Below, one piece after another: positions 27,022 to 35,617 of a stretch of 64,000 bases of DNA (the stretch's first letter is position 1; each line of letters begins with the position of its first letter). Source of the DNA: Gammaproteobacteria bacterium (GTDB lineage: Bacteria; Pseudomonadota; Gammaproteobacteria; Ga0077536); the NCBI GenBank assembly GCA_038116745.1, contig JAYODW010000020.1:444-64443 (forward strand). The letters are read 5' to 3'. Made by a program: the position numbers and the translations under genes. Under the pieces are notes generated by a model. It did no database searches. It saw only the letters and a list, made by a program, of their open reading frames with translations, and was not told the origin of the DNA.

Positions 27022-28360
27022 TTGGGCGCATTATTTCCGCGCACCGCGGCTCTTAACGTCGGACTGGACCCGCGTCCTGTGTACCGTCCTGCTCGGCCTG
27101 ACCATTGCCACGAGCGGCGCGGCAGCGGATTTTCACGTCGATCTGCCGCAGCTGAACGAGCTGACCCCGCGCCCGGGCCTGGTTATCGACGGCAGCAATA
27201 GCAACCGCTACGCCCACCTGCTGGATCCCGATTTCCTACAGTTCATCACCGCGGGCGCGGTGACACTGGAGGTCGGAGAGCCGCTGTCTTTCGATCCTCA
27301 CCCGGCTTTTATCCACGCCACGGAGCGTCTGCGCGGTCAGGCTGCGCTGGCCGAGGAGCGCGGACAGCTGAGCAATTTTTCACAGGGCCTGCCGTTTCCG
27401 GGCGAGCTTCAAGGCGCCGATAAAGAGGCCGGAGAGCGCCTGGCCTGGAACATGCGCTACGCCTACACCGGTGACAGCGGTGTGCTGCCGGAAATTCACT
27501 GGCAGCTGAAAGACTGGCGCAGCGAGAAAGTCGAATTCGAAATGCTGTTCGAAGCGCGCCTGATGCGCTTCATGTACCGGCATGTGCTGGAACCCATTCC
27601 GTTCGTTGATCCCAATCCACAGGACGCCTACGGCGCGTTTTTCCTCAACGCCATTGATGCCGGGAGCTATGACGGTACGCAGGCGCTGGTGTTTGCTAAC
27701 CGCGACGACATGCGTGAGCTCAACGGCTGGGTCTACATTCCACCGCTGAACCGCACGCAGTCCCTCGCCTCTTTTTCAACCGAGGAATCGATGTTCGGCA
27801 GCGATATCCTGCCGACAGATTTCATCGTCTATTCCGGACGCCTGACGGATATGGACTGGGCCTATCTGGGCGAGACCTACATGCTGCTGCCGTTCTACCG
27901 CCATGACCTGGTTCAGCTGTCCCCCCGCAAAGCGCGCAAATATGAGTACTGGCACGTCGACTTCAATGGTCGCGCCGGCTGTTTTCCCCGGGTTCAATGG
28001 CAGGTGCGTCCCGTCCGCATCCTGGTCGGGACGGCGCGTGACCCCGCCGCCCGTGCACAGAAGCGGATCCTGTATGTGGATGCCCAGACCCACGTCGTTG
28101 CCCTGTGGAAGGTCTTTCGCGAAGACGACGCGCTGTGGAAATTTGCGCTGACCAGTTACGCCCACCCTAACTCGCATCTGCCGGAAAACAATGAATCGGG
28201 CGCCCCGATCCCGACTGCTTTCAGCTCCATCGATATCACGACCAACCGCTGCACGACCGTGCAGCTGCTGACCCGGGTCAATGTGGCCGACGTCACGGCG
28301 GAAGATTTCGACACCGGGCGCATGCAGAGCGGCGGAGGGCGCGGCTTCAGGCGGCGCTAA
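27008..28360 (+). CDS. DUF1329-like exported protein (LolA-like lipid/lipoprotein-sorting fold)
   Basis: 450 aa with a signal-like segment VLCTVLLGLTIATSGAAA and GLPFPG...LAWNMRYAYTGD, which resembles the DUF1329 signature as I recall it. It overlaps the VOC gene by 14 nt. Confidence 0.6.
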   Translation: MPTADWAHYFRAPRLLTSDWTRVLCTVLLGLTIATSGAAADFHVDLPQLNELTPRPGLVIDGSNSNRYAHLLDPDFLQFITAGAVTLEVGEPLSFDPHPAFIHATERLRGQAALAEERGQLSNFSQGLPFPGELQGADKEAGERLAWNMRYAYTGDSGVLPEIHWQLKDWRSEKVEFEMLFEARLMRFMYRHVLEPIPFVDPNPQDAYGAFFLNAIDAGSYDGTQALVFANRDDMRELNGWVYIPPLNRTQSLASFSTEESMFGSDILPTDFIVYSGRLTDMDWAYLGETYMLLPFYRHDLVQLSPRKARKYEYWHVDFNGRAGCFPRVQWQVRPVRILVGTARDPAARAQKRILYVDAQTHVVALWKVFREDDALWKFALTSYAHPNSHLPENNESGAPIPTAFSSIDITTNRCTTVQLLTRVNVADVTAEDFDTGRMQSGGGRGFRRR

Positions 28361-28438
28361 ATCAGACGACCTTGGGGTCGGCGGTGACTCTTTCGCCGCT
28401 GCACTTTGAGCGTCGGCTCTATCAAGGGGAGAACGACT

Positions 28439-29515
28439 ATGAAATTCAGCCTGCACGTGCAGACACGAATCACCGACTGGCAGCTCATCAAGGAGCTAGA
28501 AGATCTCGGCTATGACGCTGCCTGGGTTCCAGATACCCAGATGATGTGGAGCGACTGCTACGCCACCATGGCGCTGGCCGCGCAGAACACCAGCCGGATC
28601 CGGATCGGGACCGGCGTCGCGATTGCCGGGACCCGTATCGCGCCGACCACGGCTGCCGCCATCGCCTCGGTCAACGCCATCGCGCCGGGGCGCATTTTTC
28701 TGGGCATCGGCACAGGTCACACGGCGATGCGCGTCATGGGTCAGGACCCGCTGCCGATCAAAGAATTCCGGGAATACCTCCGGGTCGTCCGCGCCATGCT
28801 GCAGGGCGAGGAAGTGGAATACACCTATCGCGGCCGTACCACCCCGATCGTGTGGCAGGACCACGGCACGGGATTCCGTAACATTGAGACCCCCATTCCT
28901 ATCTACGTAGCGGCCAACGGCCCGCGTGCCCTGCGCACCGCGGGGATGTACGGCGACGGTCTCGTGTCCGTCTTTAACGAACAGAAAGCAGTGCTCGATT
29001 TCAACCTTGCTCATGTGCGCGAGGGCGGCGCCATGGCCAATCGTGACCTGTCGGACTACCACACGGTGTCCCTGACCAACGCGGTCATTCTTCAAGCTGG
29101 CGAGAAGCTGACCGACGACGCAGTCATAGAGCGCGCCGGTTCCTGGGTCGTGACGGCCCTGCATTTCGTCTATGAAATCTGGCGTTACACCAAAGACGAC
29201 AGCGTGGTGCCGGAATACATGAAGGGGATCTGGGAGGAGTACAACGACCACGTAGAGAATTTCCCAGTGCCGCAGGACCGCTGGCACCAGCTGATCCACG
29301 AAGGGCACTGCAGTTATTTCACGCCCGGTGAGCGCAAATTCGTGACCCCCGCCATGATTGATGGCACCTCGCTGGTGGGCAGCCCGAGTGAGCTGGCTGA
29401 GAAAATCCGGGCTGCTGGCAGCAACGGCCTTGGTGAGGTGAGCCTCCTGCCGCCGCTGGCGCAGATCTGGCAAGTTGCTGAGGACTTCGCGAAAAACGTA
29501 ATCCCGCTCGTCTGA
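28439..29515 (+). CDS. LLM-class flavin/F420-dependent oxidoreductase
   Basis: Lies in ORF 28406..29515. The ATG at 28439 follows GGGGAG, giving MKFSLHV...LGYDAAWVPDTQ and GRIFLGIGTGH. Confidence 0.85.
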   Translation: MKFSLHVQTRITDWQLIKELEDLGYDAAWVPDTQMMWSDCYATMALAAQNTSRIRIGTGVAIAGTRIAPTTAAAIASVNAIAPGRIFLGIGTGHTAMRVMGQDPLPIKEFREYLRVVRAMLQGEEVEYTYRGRTTPIVWQDHGTGFRNIETPIPIYVAANGPRALRTAGMYGDGLVSVFNEQKAVLDFNLAHVREGGAMANRDLSDYHTVSLTNAVILQAGEKLTDDAVIERAGSWVVTALHFVYEIWRYTKDDSVVPEYMKGIWEEYNDHVENFPVPQDRWHQLIHEGHCSYFTPGERKFVTPAMIDGTSLVGSPSELAEKIRAAGSNGLGEVSLLPPLAQIWQVAEDFAKNVIPLV

Positions 29516-29568
29516 GCGGTCAGCCACCACCCGGTCCGCCGCGCAAAGTCACGGCGGGCCTGTCGGTA

Positions 29569-30243
29569 TTACGGGCCGGGCAGAATCACATGCTCACGCG
29601 TGATGATGAAATCCAGGTGGCCGCGCACAAAATTCGCCTCATCATCACGGGTGGCGGCGTAGGCGTCAGTGCCCACCGAACCCCGCATGGCCTGCGTGCT
29701 CTCGAACCAGGTCAGCGCGAACCCATCCAGGGCCGGTGTCCGGCCATTCAGATAGGATGTTGCGCGCGAATGGTTCTGCACGTAGCGATCGATTGTCGGG
29801 ATGCTTGCTCCTAGAGGGCCATGAACCTCGCGCCAGTAGCGCTGAAACTCCGGCACCTCCATTCCTGCCTTCCGGTGGACGAACTCGATGTTTTTCACCC
29901 CGCTGGCGGGCACCGCACCGTCCTTGATGACATGTTCGTCCACGAACAGTTGAACGTGCCGCTCGGTATCGATGAAGCGCGCTTCATCTGCCCGCACGGC
30001 ATCGAGCGCTGAGGAACCGTTCAGGGCGCGCAGGGCATCGGTGCTGTCAAACCAGAGCTCAGCCACCCCGTCCGCTGCAGGCTGCAGCTTTTTGTACCCG
30101 GACAAAAGCGTGTGGCACTGCACGTAGCGCCGCAGTCCCGGGAGTCGCGAAACGACACCGGCGTGAACGTCGCGCCAGTGCGCCTGGAAGGCCTCAACGT
30201 CCATTCCGTCACGACGTTGAAGGATCGATACCAGCTTAATCAT
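29569..30243 (-). CDS. Tandem EthD-domain protein
   Basis: Lies in ORF 29569..30528, with the internal ATG at 30243 preferred. It contains two repeats: MIKLVSILQRRDGMDVEAFQAHWRDVHAGV...RRYVQCH and IEFVHRKAGMEVPEFQRYWREVHGPL...DRYVQNH. Confidence 0.7.
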   Translation of the reverse strand: MIKLVSILQRRDGMDVEAFQAHWRDVHAGVVSRLPGLRRYVQCHTLLSGYKKLQPAADGVAELWFDSTDALRALNGSSALDAVRADEARFIDTERHVQLFVDEHVIKDGAVPASGVKNIEFVHRKAGMEVPEFQRYWREVHGPLGASIPTIDRYVQNHSRATSYLNGRTPALDGFALTWFESTQAMRGSVGTDAYAATRDDEANFVRGHLDFIITREHVILPGP

Positions 30244-30706
30244 GGCAGGGGCTTTCCTCTTTGCTGCCGGGGTCACGACCAGGTTCGAATGCAGGATATC
30301 GCGGCAGCTCGTCCCGCGCCTCACACCAGACCGCCGCTTCCGCCGTGAAAATGTGTCCTTCCTGCGGCAGACCAGGCAAGGCCTCGAACAGCCCGGCCCG
30401 CACACGAACGTTGTCAGCGCCGTCCCTGCGACTGTAAAGCGGCGAACCGCAGCCCGCGCAGAAACACCGCGCTTTGTTGGCAGAGGCGCGGTATTCGCGT
30501 ACCAGACCATGCGGATCATCCAGCGCAAACGCCGCCATTGGCACCGGGAATACCGCGATAAACGCGCTGCCGGAGCTGCGGCGGCATTCGCGGCAGTGGC
30601 AGAAAACCAGGCCGCCGCTGACGCCGCTCACCGACAGGCGGACCCTGCCGCACAGACACGCTCCGGAATAGCTCGAACGGACCGATGAAGATGCCTCAGG
30701 TTCCAT
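30236..30706 (-). CDS. GFA (glutathione-dependent formaldehyde-activating / CENP-V) family Zn protein
   Basis: 156 aa with Cys motifs CLCGRV, CHCRECRR and CFCAGCGSPL. Its 3' end overlaps the EthD start by 8 nt. Confidence 0.75.
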   Translation of the reverse strand: MEPEASSSVRSSYSGACLCGRVRLSVSGVSGGLVFCHCRECRRSSGSAFIAVFPVPMAAFALDDPHGLVREYRASANKARCFCAGCGSPLYSRRDGADNVRVRAGLFEALPGLPQEGHIFTAEAAVWCEARDELPRYPAFEPGRDPGSKEESPCHD

Positions 30707-30914
30707 AGCTATGTACCAGTCACCACAAGGGCCGGCAGTCTAGCTCTGAGTGCCGGACTCAGCCATTCTCCCCGGTGGGCCAGCCGTGCATGGCGCAGAC
30801 GCCCGGCTGTCATTTACACGTGTCCTTCCACGCTCGCCCGCTCGGCGGTTGAGTCCCCGCAGATCTACATGGCACCATGCCGCCCGCTTAAGCGCCTTGG
30901 TTCCCGAGCTCTGA

Positions 30915-31559
30915 ATGAGACTATCTGAAGCATTTTTCGCGTTCTCGGTTCTGCTGACGAGCACCGTCGCCGCTGGCAACGTGCACGCCGCCGCGGACGA
31001 ACTCACCGGCCACTGGGAGCTGAACGAAAAGCTCAGCGAGGAGGCCGACGAGGCATTTGACGGCAAACTGCGCAAAGAGCGTCATCTCAACATCGACCGG
31101 GAGTCCGCCAGCCAGAGACGCGCCATGGACGCTTCCCAGGACAACTACTGGGAAGCAGTCGGCAAAGTACGGGAACGACGTTCGTCGAAGAACCTGCGCC
31201 GTCTGGGCAGCGCTTATCCCCTGCTCACTTCGACGCGTCTGGACATCAACCGCCTCGAGGATGGTTTCGCCTTCACCTACGACGACCTGCTGCCGCGCCG
31301 CGTGCGCCCGAACCCTGCCGGACGGGTGTACTCAGCCAAGGGTGATGAACTGATCTCGGACAGTATCGGCCACACGCTGAGCTACTGGGAAGGGGACACA
31401 CTGGTGTTGGAGACCGACCCGCCGGATGGCGGTCGCTATCTCGAGAAAATCAAGCGACTCCACGCGCCTGAGCGACTGGAGTACCGCGTCAATGTGAAGC
31501 TGCGCGTACTGACCGAGCCGGTTGAGATGGTGCGCATTTTCGAGCCGAAATCGCCCTAG
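30915..31559 (+). CDS. Secreted hypothetical protein
   Basis: 214 aa with the signal peptide MRLSEAFFAFSVLLTSTVAAGNVHAA. No family was recognised. Confidence 0.55.
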   Translation: MRLSEAFFAFSVLLTSTVAAGNVHAAADELTGHWELNEKLSEEADEAFDGKLRKERHLNIDRESASQRRAMDASQDNYWEAVGKVRERRSSKNLRRLGSAYPLLTSTRLDINRLEDGFAFTYDDLLPRRVRPNPAGRVYSAKGDELISDSIGHTLSYWEGDTLVLETDPPDGGRYLEKIKRLHAPERLEYRVNVKLRVLTEPVEMVRIFEPKSP

Positions 31560-31573
31560 CGCGGCCTCACGCC

Positions 31574-32830
31574 TCACCCCGTCGAAGCACCCACAGAGGC
31601 CGCCAGCTCGTCACGGAATTCAGGGTGAGACACGGCGATCAGGGCCTCTGCCCGCTGCCACAGACTCTGCCCCCTAAGCCGCGCTATCCCGTACTCCGTT
31701 ACCACGCAGTCAACGCAGAACCGCGGCGTGGTCACGACGCTGCCAGGCGCCAGTGCCGCCACGATCTTGGAGCGTTTCCCATCGGCCGTGGTCGATGGCA
31801 TCGCAATGATTGAACAGCCGTCCGGCGAGCGCGCTGCCGCTTCAATGTATTCCAGGCTGCCGCCGGCGCCGCTGATCTGGGTGGCGCCCAGGGTCTCTCC
31901 ATTGCTTTGACCCATCAGGTCGATCTCGATCGCAGAATTGATTGAGATAAAACGGTCCAACTCGGCCAGGGCTCCAGGATGGTGGGTGTAATCGAGCCCC
32001 TGCATATTGACCAGGGTGTTTCCGTTGCAGCGCTCATACAGACTCGGCAGTCCTGCCAGCTCGCCGGTCACGATCTGTGGCTGCCCCGACACGGCATCCA
32101 GGAAAGTGACGAGACCCTGGGACAACATCCCGGAGTAAAGGCTGACCCCCGGTACGCCTCCCAGGCTGGCCAGTACCCGGTCCGGCACCGCGCCAATCCC
32201 GAGCTGCACGGTTGCCCGATCAGGGATGAGACTCAGGACGTTCTCGATGATGCGCTCGTCGCGCGCATCCGGACTCCCCGTGTCATAGGTTGCCAGCGGC
32301 TCATCGGACTCGATCGCAAAGTCAATCCGCTCCAGCGGCACGCGTGAATTGCCCGCCGTCACGGGCATGTTGCTGTTCATCTCAGCGATGACCAGACGGG
32401 TCTGCTGCAGGAAATGCGGGTTCGGTCCGACTGATATACCGAGGCTGACCGTCCCGTCCGCCTGCGGCATGGAAGTCTGAATTACCTGCGCGTCGATATG
32501 GAAAGGACCGTCGCGGCGGATCGTCTGCATCAGATCGCTCAAACGCAAAGGGACAAAACTGACCTTCGCGCGATCGTTTTCGCTGAACAACTTTCGCAGC
32601 GCAGGTGCTGCCTGCCAGGTCGTGTAGTGGAAATGCTCGCCGAGACCACGCTGCAGGAAGTCGTAACGCCCCAGCGAAAGCCCTGAGCACACGGTGAGCG
32701 ATGAAAACCGCTCCACGTCTGCGCTGAACGCCTGATAGAAACGCCGGGGATCGGCGCAGCCGCCGGGAAACACCACGCGGGTCCCGTCTTCGAGTGCGGC
32801 AACCGCCGATGCAGGGTCGACAACCTTCAT
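31574..32830 (-). CDS. Acetyl-CoA hydrolase/transferase family protein (4-hydroxybutyrate CoA-transferase-like)
   Basis: 418 aa with an N-terminus typical of the family (A..A...L.DG..V) and a GGSLEY-containing C-terminal domain. Confidence 0.85.
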   Translation of the reverse strand: MKVVDPASAVAALEDGTRVVFPGGCADPRRFYQAFSADVERFSSLTVCSGLSLGRYDFLQRGLGEHFHYTTWQAAPALRKLFSENDRAKVSFVPLRLSDLMQTIRRDGPFHIDAQVIQTSMPQADGTVSLGISVGPNPHFLQQTRLVIAEMNSNMPVTAGNSRVPLERIDFAIESDEPLATYDTGSPDARDERIIENVLSLIPDRATVQLGIGAVPDRVLASLGGVPGVSLYSGMLSQGLVTFLDAVSGQPQIVTGELAGLPSLYERCNGNTLVNMQGLDYTHHPGALAELDRFISINSAIEIDLMGQSNGETLGATQISGAGGSLEYIEAAARSPDGCSIIAMPSTTADGKRSKIVAALAPGSVVTTPRFCVDCVVTEYGIARLRGQSLWQRAEALIAVSHPEFRDELAASVGASTG

Positions 32831-32897
32831 ATTGAGAAGCTTCCTGAATATCCGTTCGGGTGGCGGCAGTTTATGTCAGCCCGAACCTGGTCGCTGC

Positions 32898-32926
32898 CTG
32901 ACAGGTGTCTGGGGGGATGATATAAA
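32898..32926 (+). promoter_or_regulatory. Putative sigma-70 promoter for the symporter gene
   Basis: CTGACA-N17-TATAAA, located 71 nt upstream of the ATG at 32997. Confidence 0.35.
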
Positions 32927-32996
32927 TCGCCGCGCGCCGGGGGAGCAGGCGTCGCCATTTCATTCACGCCGACTATTTCACAGGGGAGCTTCTTGC

Positions 32997-34565
32997 ATGT
33001 TCGGTTTTGACCCTTTGATCTTCTGGGGCTGGACTTTTCTCGTCCTCTATATCGGTCTGATGCTGGCATTCGGTTTCGTCGGCATGTCGCGGGTGAAGGA
33101 CAGCGACGACTTTGCCACGGCCCGCGGGAGCTATGGTCCTCTGTTCCTGGCCTTCGCGATGACCGCGACAACCGCGAGTGGCGCCACGTTTCTGGGGCTT
33201 CCGGGTCTCGCCTACAAAGCGGGCCTGTCCGCGCTCTGGTATGCCTTCGTCTATCCCATGGGCGTCTATATCGGCGTGCTCATCTGCCTGCATGCCGTGC
33301 GCCGCGCAGGTGCCAGCTTCGGCAGCCGCTCCATGCCGGAATTTCTGGGCGATCGTTTTCAGTCCGATGCTCTGCGCCTGATGGCTGCGCTCTTCTCACT
33401 GCTGCTGCTGTTTTATCTCGCGGGTCAGCTGCTGGCAGGCGCGGTCATGTTCACCCAGATGCTGGGGCTCGACACGTTCCCGGCACTGTGCGTGACCGCG
33501 GTGGTGCTCATGATTTACATCGCGCTCGGCGGTGCGCACGCCGATATCCTCACCGACGGCGTACAGGGCGCTCTGATGCTGATGCTGGCCTGTCTCGTGC
33601 TCTGGATGTTTCTGGTCGGCTTTCAGGTCGAAGGCGGCTTCAGCGGCATGCTCACCCGCCTGCATGAAATCGACCCGGCGCTGACCCAGACCCTGCATCC
33701 GACGCATCCGCTGTTCGACTCGTGGTGGGATCTGTTTGCCATTTTTGTCGCCCATCTGCCGCTCGGCCTGCTGCCCCATATCGGAAACAAACTATGGGCG
33801 CTCCGGGATAACCGGGATCAGGTGAAGTTCATCTCCATTTCTTTCGTCTTCGGCCTGCTGCTGCCGGCTATCACCTGCGGCGGGATCCTCGCCCGGGCGC
33901 TGCTTGGTGACGAGTTGCTCGCCCCCGGCAGCAGCCCGAACAACGCCATACCAGCGCTGTTTATCGCCACCCTGCCCGCCTGGGCAGCAGCCCTGATCGG
34001 CGCTGGTGTACTGGCTGCGGTGATGTCCACGGCTGACGGTCTGGTGGTCTCGACTGCTCAGATCTTCGCCAACGATATTTTCCGACGCTCACTCGCGCCC
34101 AAATTCATGACCGGGCGCAGCGACACCGACATCGATCGGATCGGTCTCCTCATCGGGCGGGTCGCAACCATCCTGGTCCTGCTTGCCTCGATCTGGCTGG
34201 CGTGGTCCACCCGGGATAAGAACATCGCGCTTCTGGTCTGGATCGGCGTAGGCGGGATGATGGCCGCCACCGCCGCTCCCATGTTTCTGGGTGTGCTCTG
34301 GCGGCGCGCAACCCGTGCAGGCGCCATCGCCGGGTTCCTGGTCGGTGGCATTGTCTTTTCGGCGCTGCACTCCGGCTCGGTCAAAGCCAGCTGGTTCAGC
34401 GGCAGCGCACTGGCAGACGTGGCCGTCTGGCTGGAAGCCCAGGCCGTTAATCCGTATGCCTGCGCCACCCTCGGCGCTGCGCTGTCGATCACCGCCATGG
34501 TCATCGTCAGCTTCCTGAGCACGCCGCCCAGCGACGAGCATCTCGACCGCATTTTCCCGCAATAA
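32997..34565 (+). CDS. Sodium:solute symporter (SSF) family transporter
   Basis: Lies in ORF 32832..34565. The ATG at 32997 follows GGGGAG, giving MFGFDPLIFWGWTFLVLYIGLM. It is polytopic and carries an ATTASGATFLG.PG motif. Confidence 0.85.
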   Translation: MFGFDPLIFWGWTFLVLYIGLMLAFGFVGMSRVKDSDDFATARGSYGPLFLAFAMTATTASGATFLGLPGLAYKAGLSALWYAFVYPMGVYIGVLICLHAVRRAGASFGSRSMPEFLGDRFQSDALRLMAALFSLLLLFYLAGQLLAGAVMFTQMLGLDTFPALCVTAVVLMIYIALGGAHADILTDGVQGALMLMLACLVLWMFLVGFQVEGGFSGMLTRLHEIDPALTQTLHPTHPLFDSWWDLFAIFVAHLPLGLLPHIGNKLWALRDNRDQVKFISISFVFGLLLPAITCGGILARALLGDELLAPGSSPNNAIPALFIATLPAWAAALIGAGVLAAVMSTADGLVVSTAQIFANDIFRRSLAPKFMTGRSDTDIDRIGLLIGRVATILVLLASIWLAWSTRDKNIALLVWIGVGGMMAATAAPMFLGVLWRRATRAGAIAGFLVGGIVFSALHSGSVKASWFSGSALADVAVWLEAQAVNPYACATLGAALSITAMVIVSFLSTPPSDEHLDRIFPQ

Positions 34566-34575
34566 GGACACTTTC

Positions 34576-35340
34576 ATGCCTGGATTACTAGAAAACCGCT
34601 CCATTCTCATCACCGGCGGCAGCACCGGCATCGGCCGCGCGAGTGCGCTGCGCTGCGCAGCCGAAGGAGCCGCGGTGACCATTGGCGACGTCAACGTCGC
34701 AGCAGCAGAGCAGGTCGTCGCAGAGATCCAGCAGAACGGCGGCAAAGCTCAGTTCATCCGCACGGATGTCACCGACAGCAGCGCGGTTCAGGCCATGATT
34801 GCGGCGGCAGTCGAGAGCTATGGACAACTGGATGGCGCGTTCAACAATGCGGGTATCGAGGGCAGTTTCACCAGCATCGTCAAAATGAGCGAGGCCGACT
34901 ACGACCGCACGGTCGGCGTTGATCTGAAAGGCGTGTGGCTGTGTATCAAGTACCAGGTTGAGCAGTTTCTGAAGCAGGACAGTGCCGGATCTATTGTCAG
35001 CACGGCATCCGTCGCCGGTCTTGTCGGGACGCGGGGTGGTTCAGCCTACTGCGCCGCCAAACACGGTGTGGTCGGTCTGACGCGGGCGGTAGCGCTCGAA
35101 TACGCACGCAAAAAAATCCGCGTCAACGCGGTATGCCCGGGCATCATCGAAACCCAGATGGTTGACCGACTGCAGAGCGAAACCGCGATCGCGCGCGAGG
35201 TTCTGATCGCCCAGGAGCCCATTGGACGACTCGGCCAGCCACAGGAGATCGGCGATGCCGTGCTGTGGCTGCTTTCAGACCACGCCTCTTTTGTGACCGG
35301 CGTCGCGCTGCCGGTGGACGGCGGATACTCGGCCGTCTGA
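34576..35340 (+). CDS. SDR-family oxidoreductase
   Basis: 254 aa with TGGSTGIGRA, NNAG, and the Y..AK active site (SAYCAAKHG). Confidence 0.9.
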   Translation: MPGLLENRSILITGGSTGIGRASALRCAAEGAAVTIGDVNVAAAEQVVAEIQQNGGKAQFIRTDVTDSSAVQAMIAAAVESYGQLDGAFNNAGIEGSFTSIVKMSEADYDRTVGVDLKGVWLCIKYQVEQFLKQDSAGSIVSTASVAGLVGTRGGSAYCAAKHGVVGLTRAVALEYARKKIRVNAVCPGIIETQMVDRLQSETAIAREVLIAQEPIGRLGQPQEIGDAVLWLLSDHASFVTGVALPVDGGYSAV

Positions 35341-35378
35341 GCCGACGAGCGGACAGCAGCAACGCCGGCTGGGAGGCG

Positions 35379-35600
35379 TCAGGTCAGAAGCCGGTCAAGA
35401 CCCAGCAATCCGCGGAAAAAATACAGTCCGCAGCTGAAGACGGTCAGCCCGCCCCAGAACTGCAGCCAGAGCTGACGCCCGCGGATCCCAAGAAAAATAA
35501 AGACGACGCCGATCAGAAGTGTTATCCACACCGTTGCCAGGACGACGTCCCCCGTCCCGGCGGTCGTCTGCGTGGCTTCGCTCCCGATGCGGTAGCGCAT
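35379..35600 (-). CDS. Small two-TM membrane protein (hypothetical)
   Basis: 73 aa with two hydrophobic helices, located 17 nt downstream of the ligase gene on the same strand. Confidence 0.4.
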   Translation of the reverse strand: MRYRIGSEATQTTAGTGDVVLATVWITLLIGVVFIFLGIRGRQLWLQFWGGLTVFSCGLYFFRGLLGLDRLLT

Positions 35601-35617
35601 AGACCGCTCGCCGGCCT

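Noticed and set aside
28496-29530. 344-aa minus-strand ORF covering the LLM gene
   Set aside because: It is an Arg/Gly/His-rich antisense shadow ORF. The plus-strand translation has clear luciferase-like monooxygenase motifs and an RBS.
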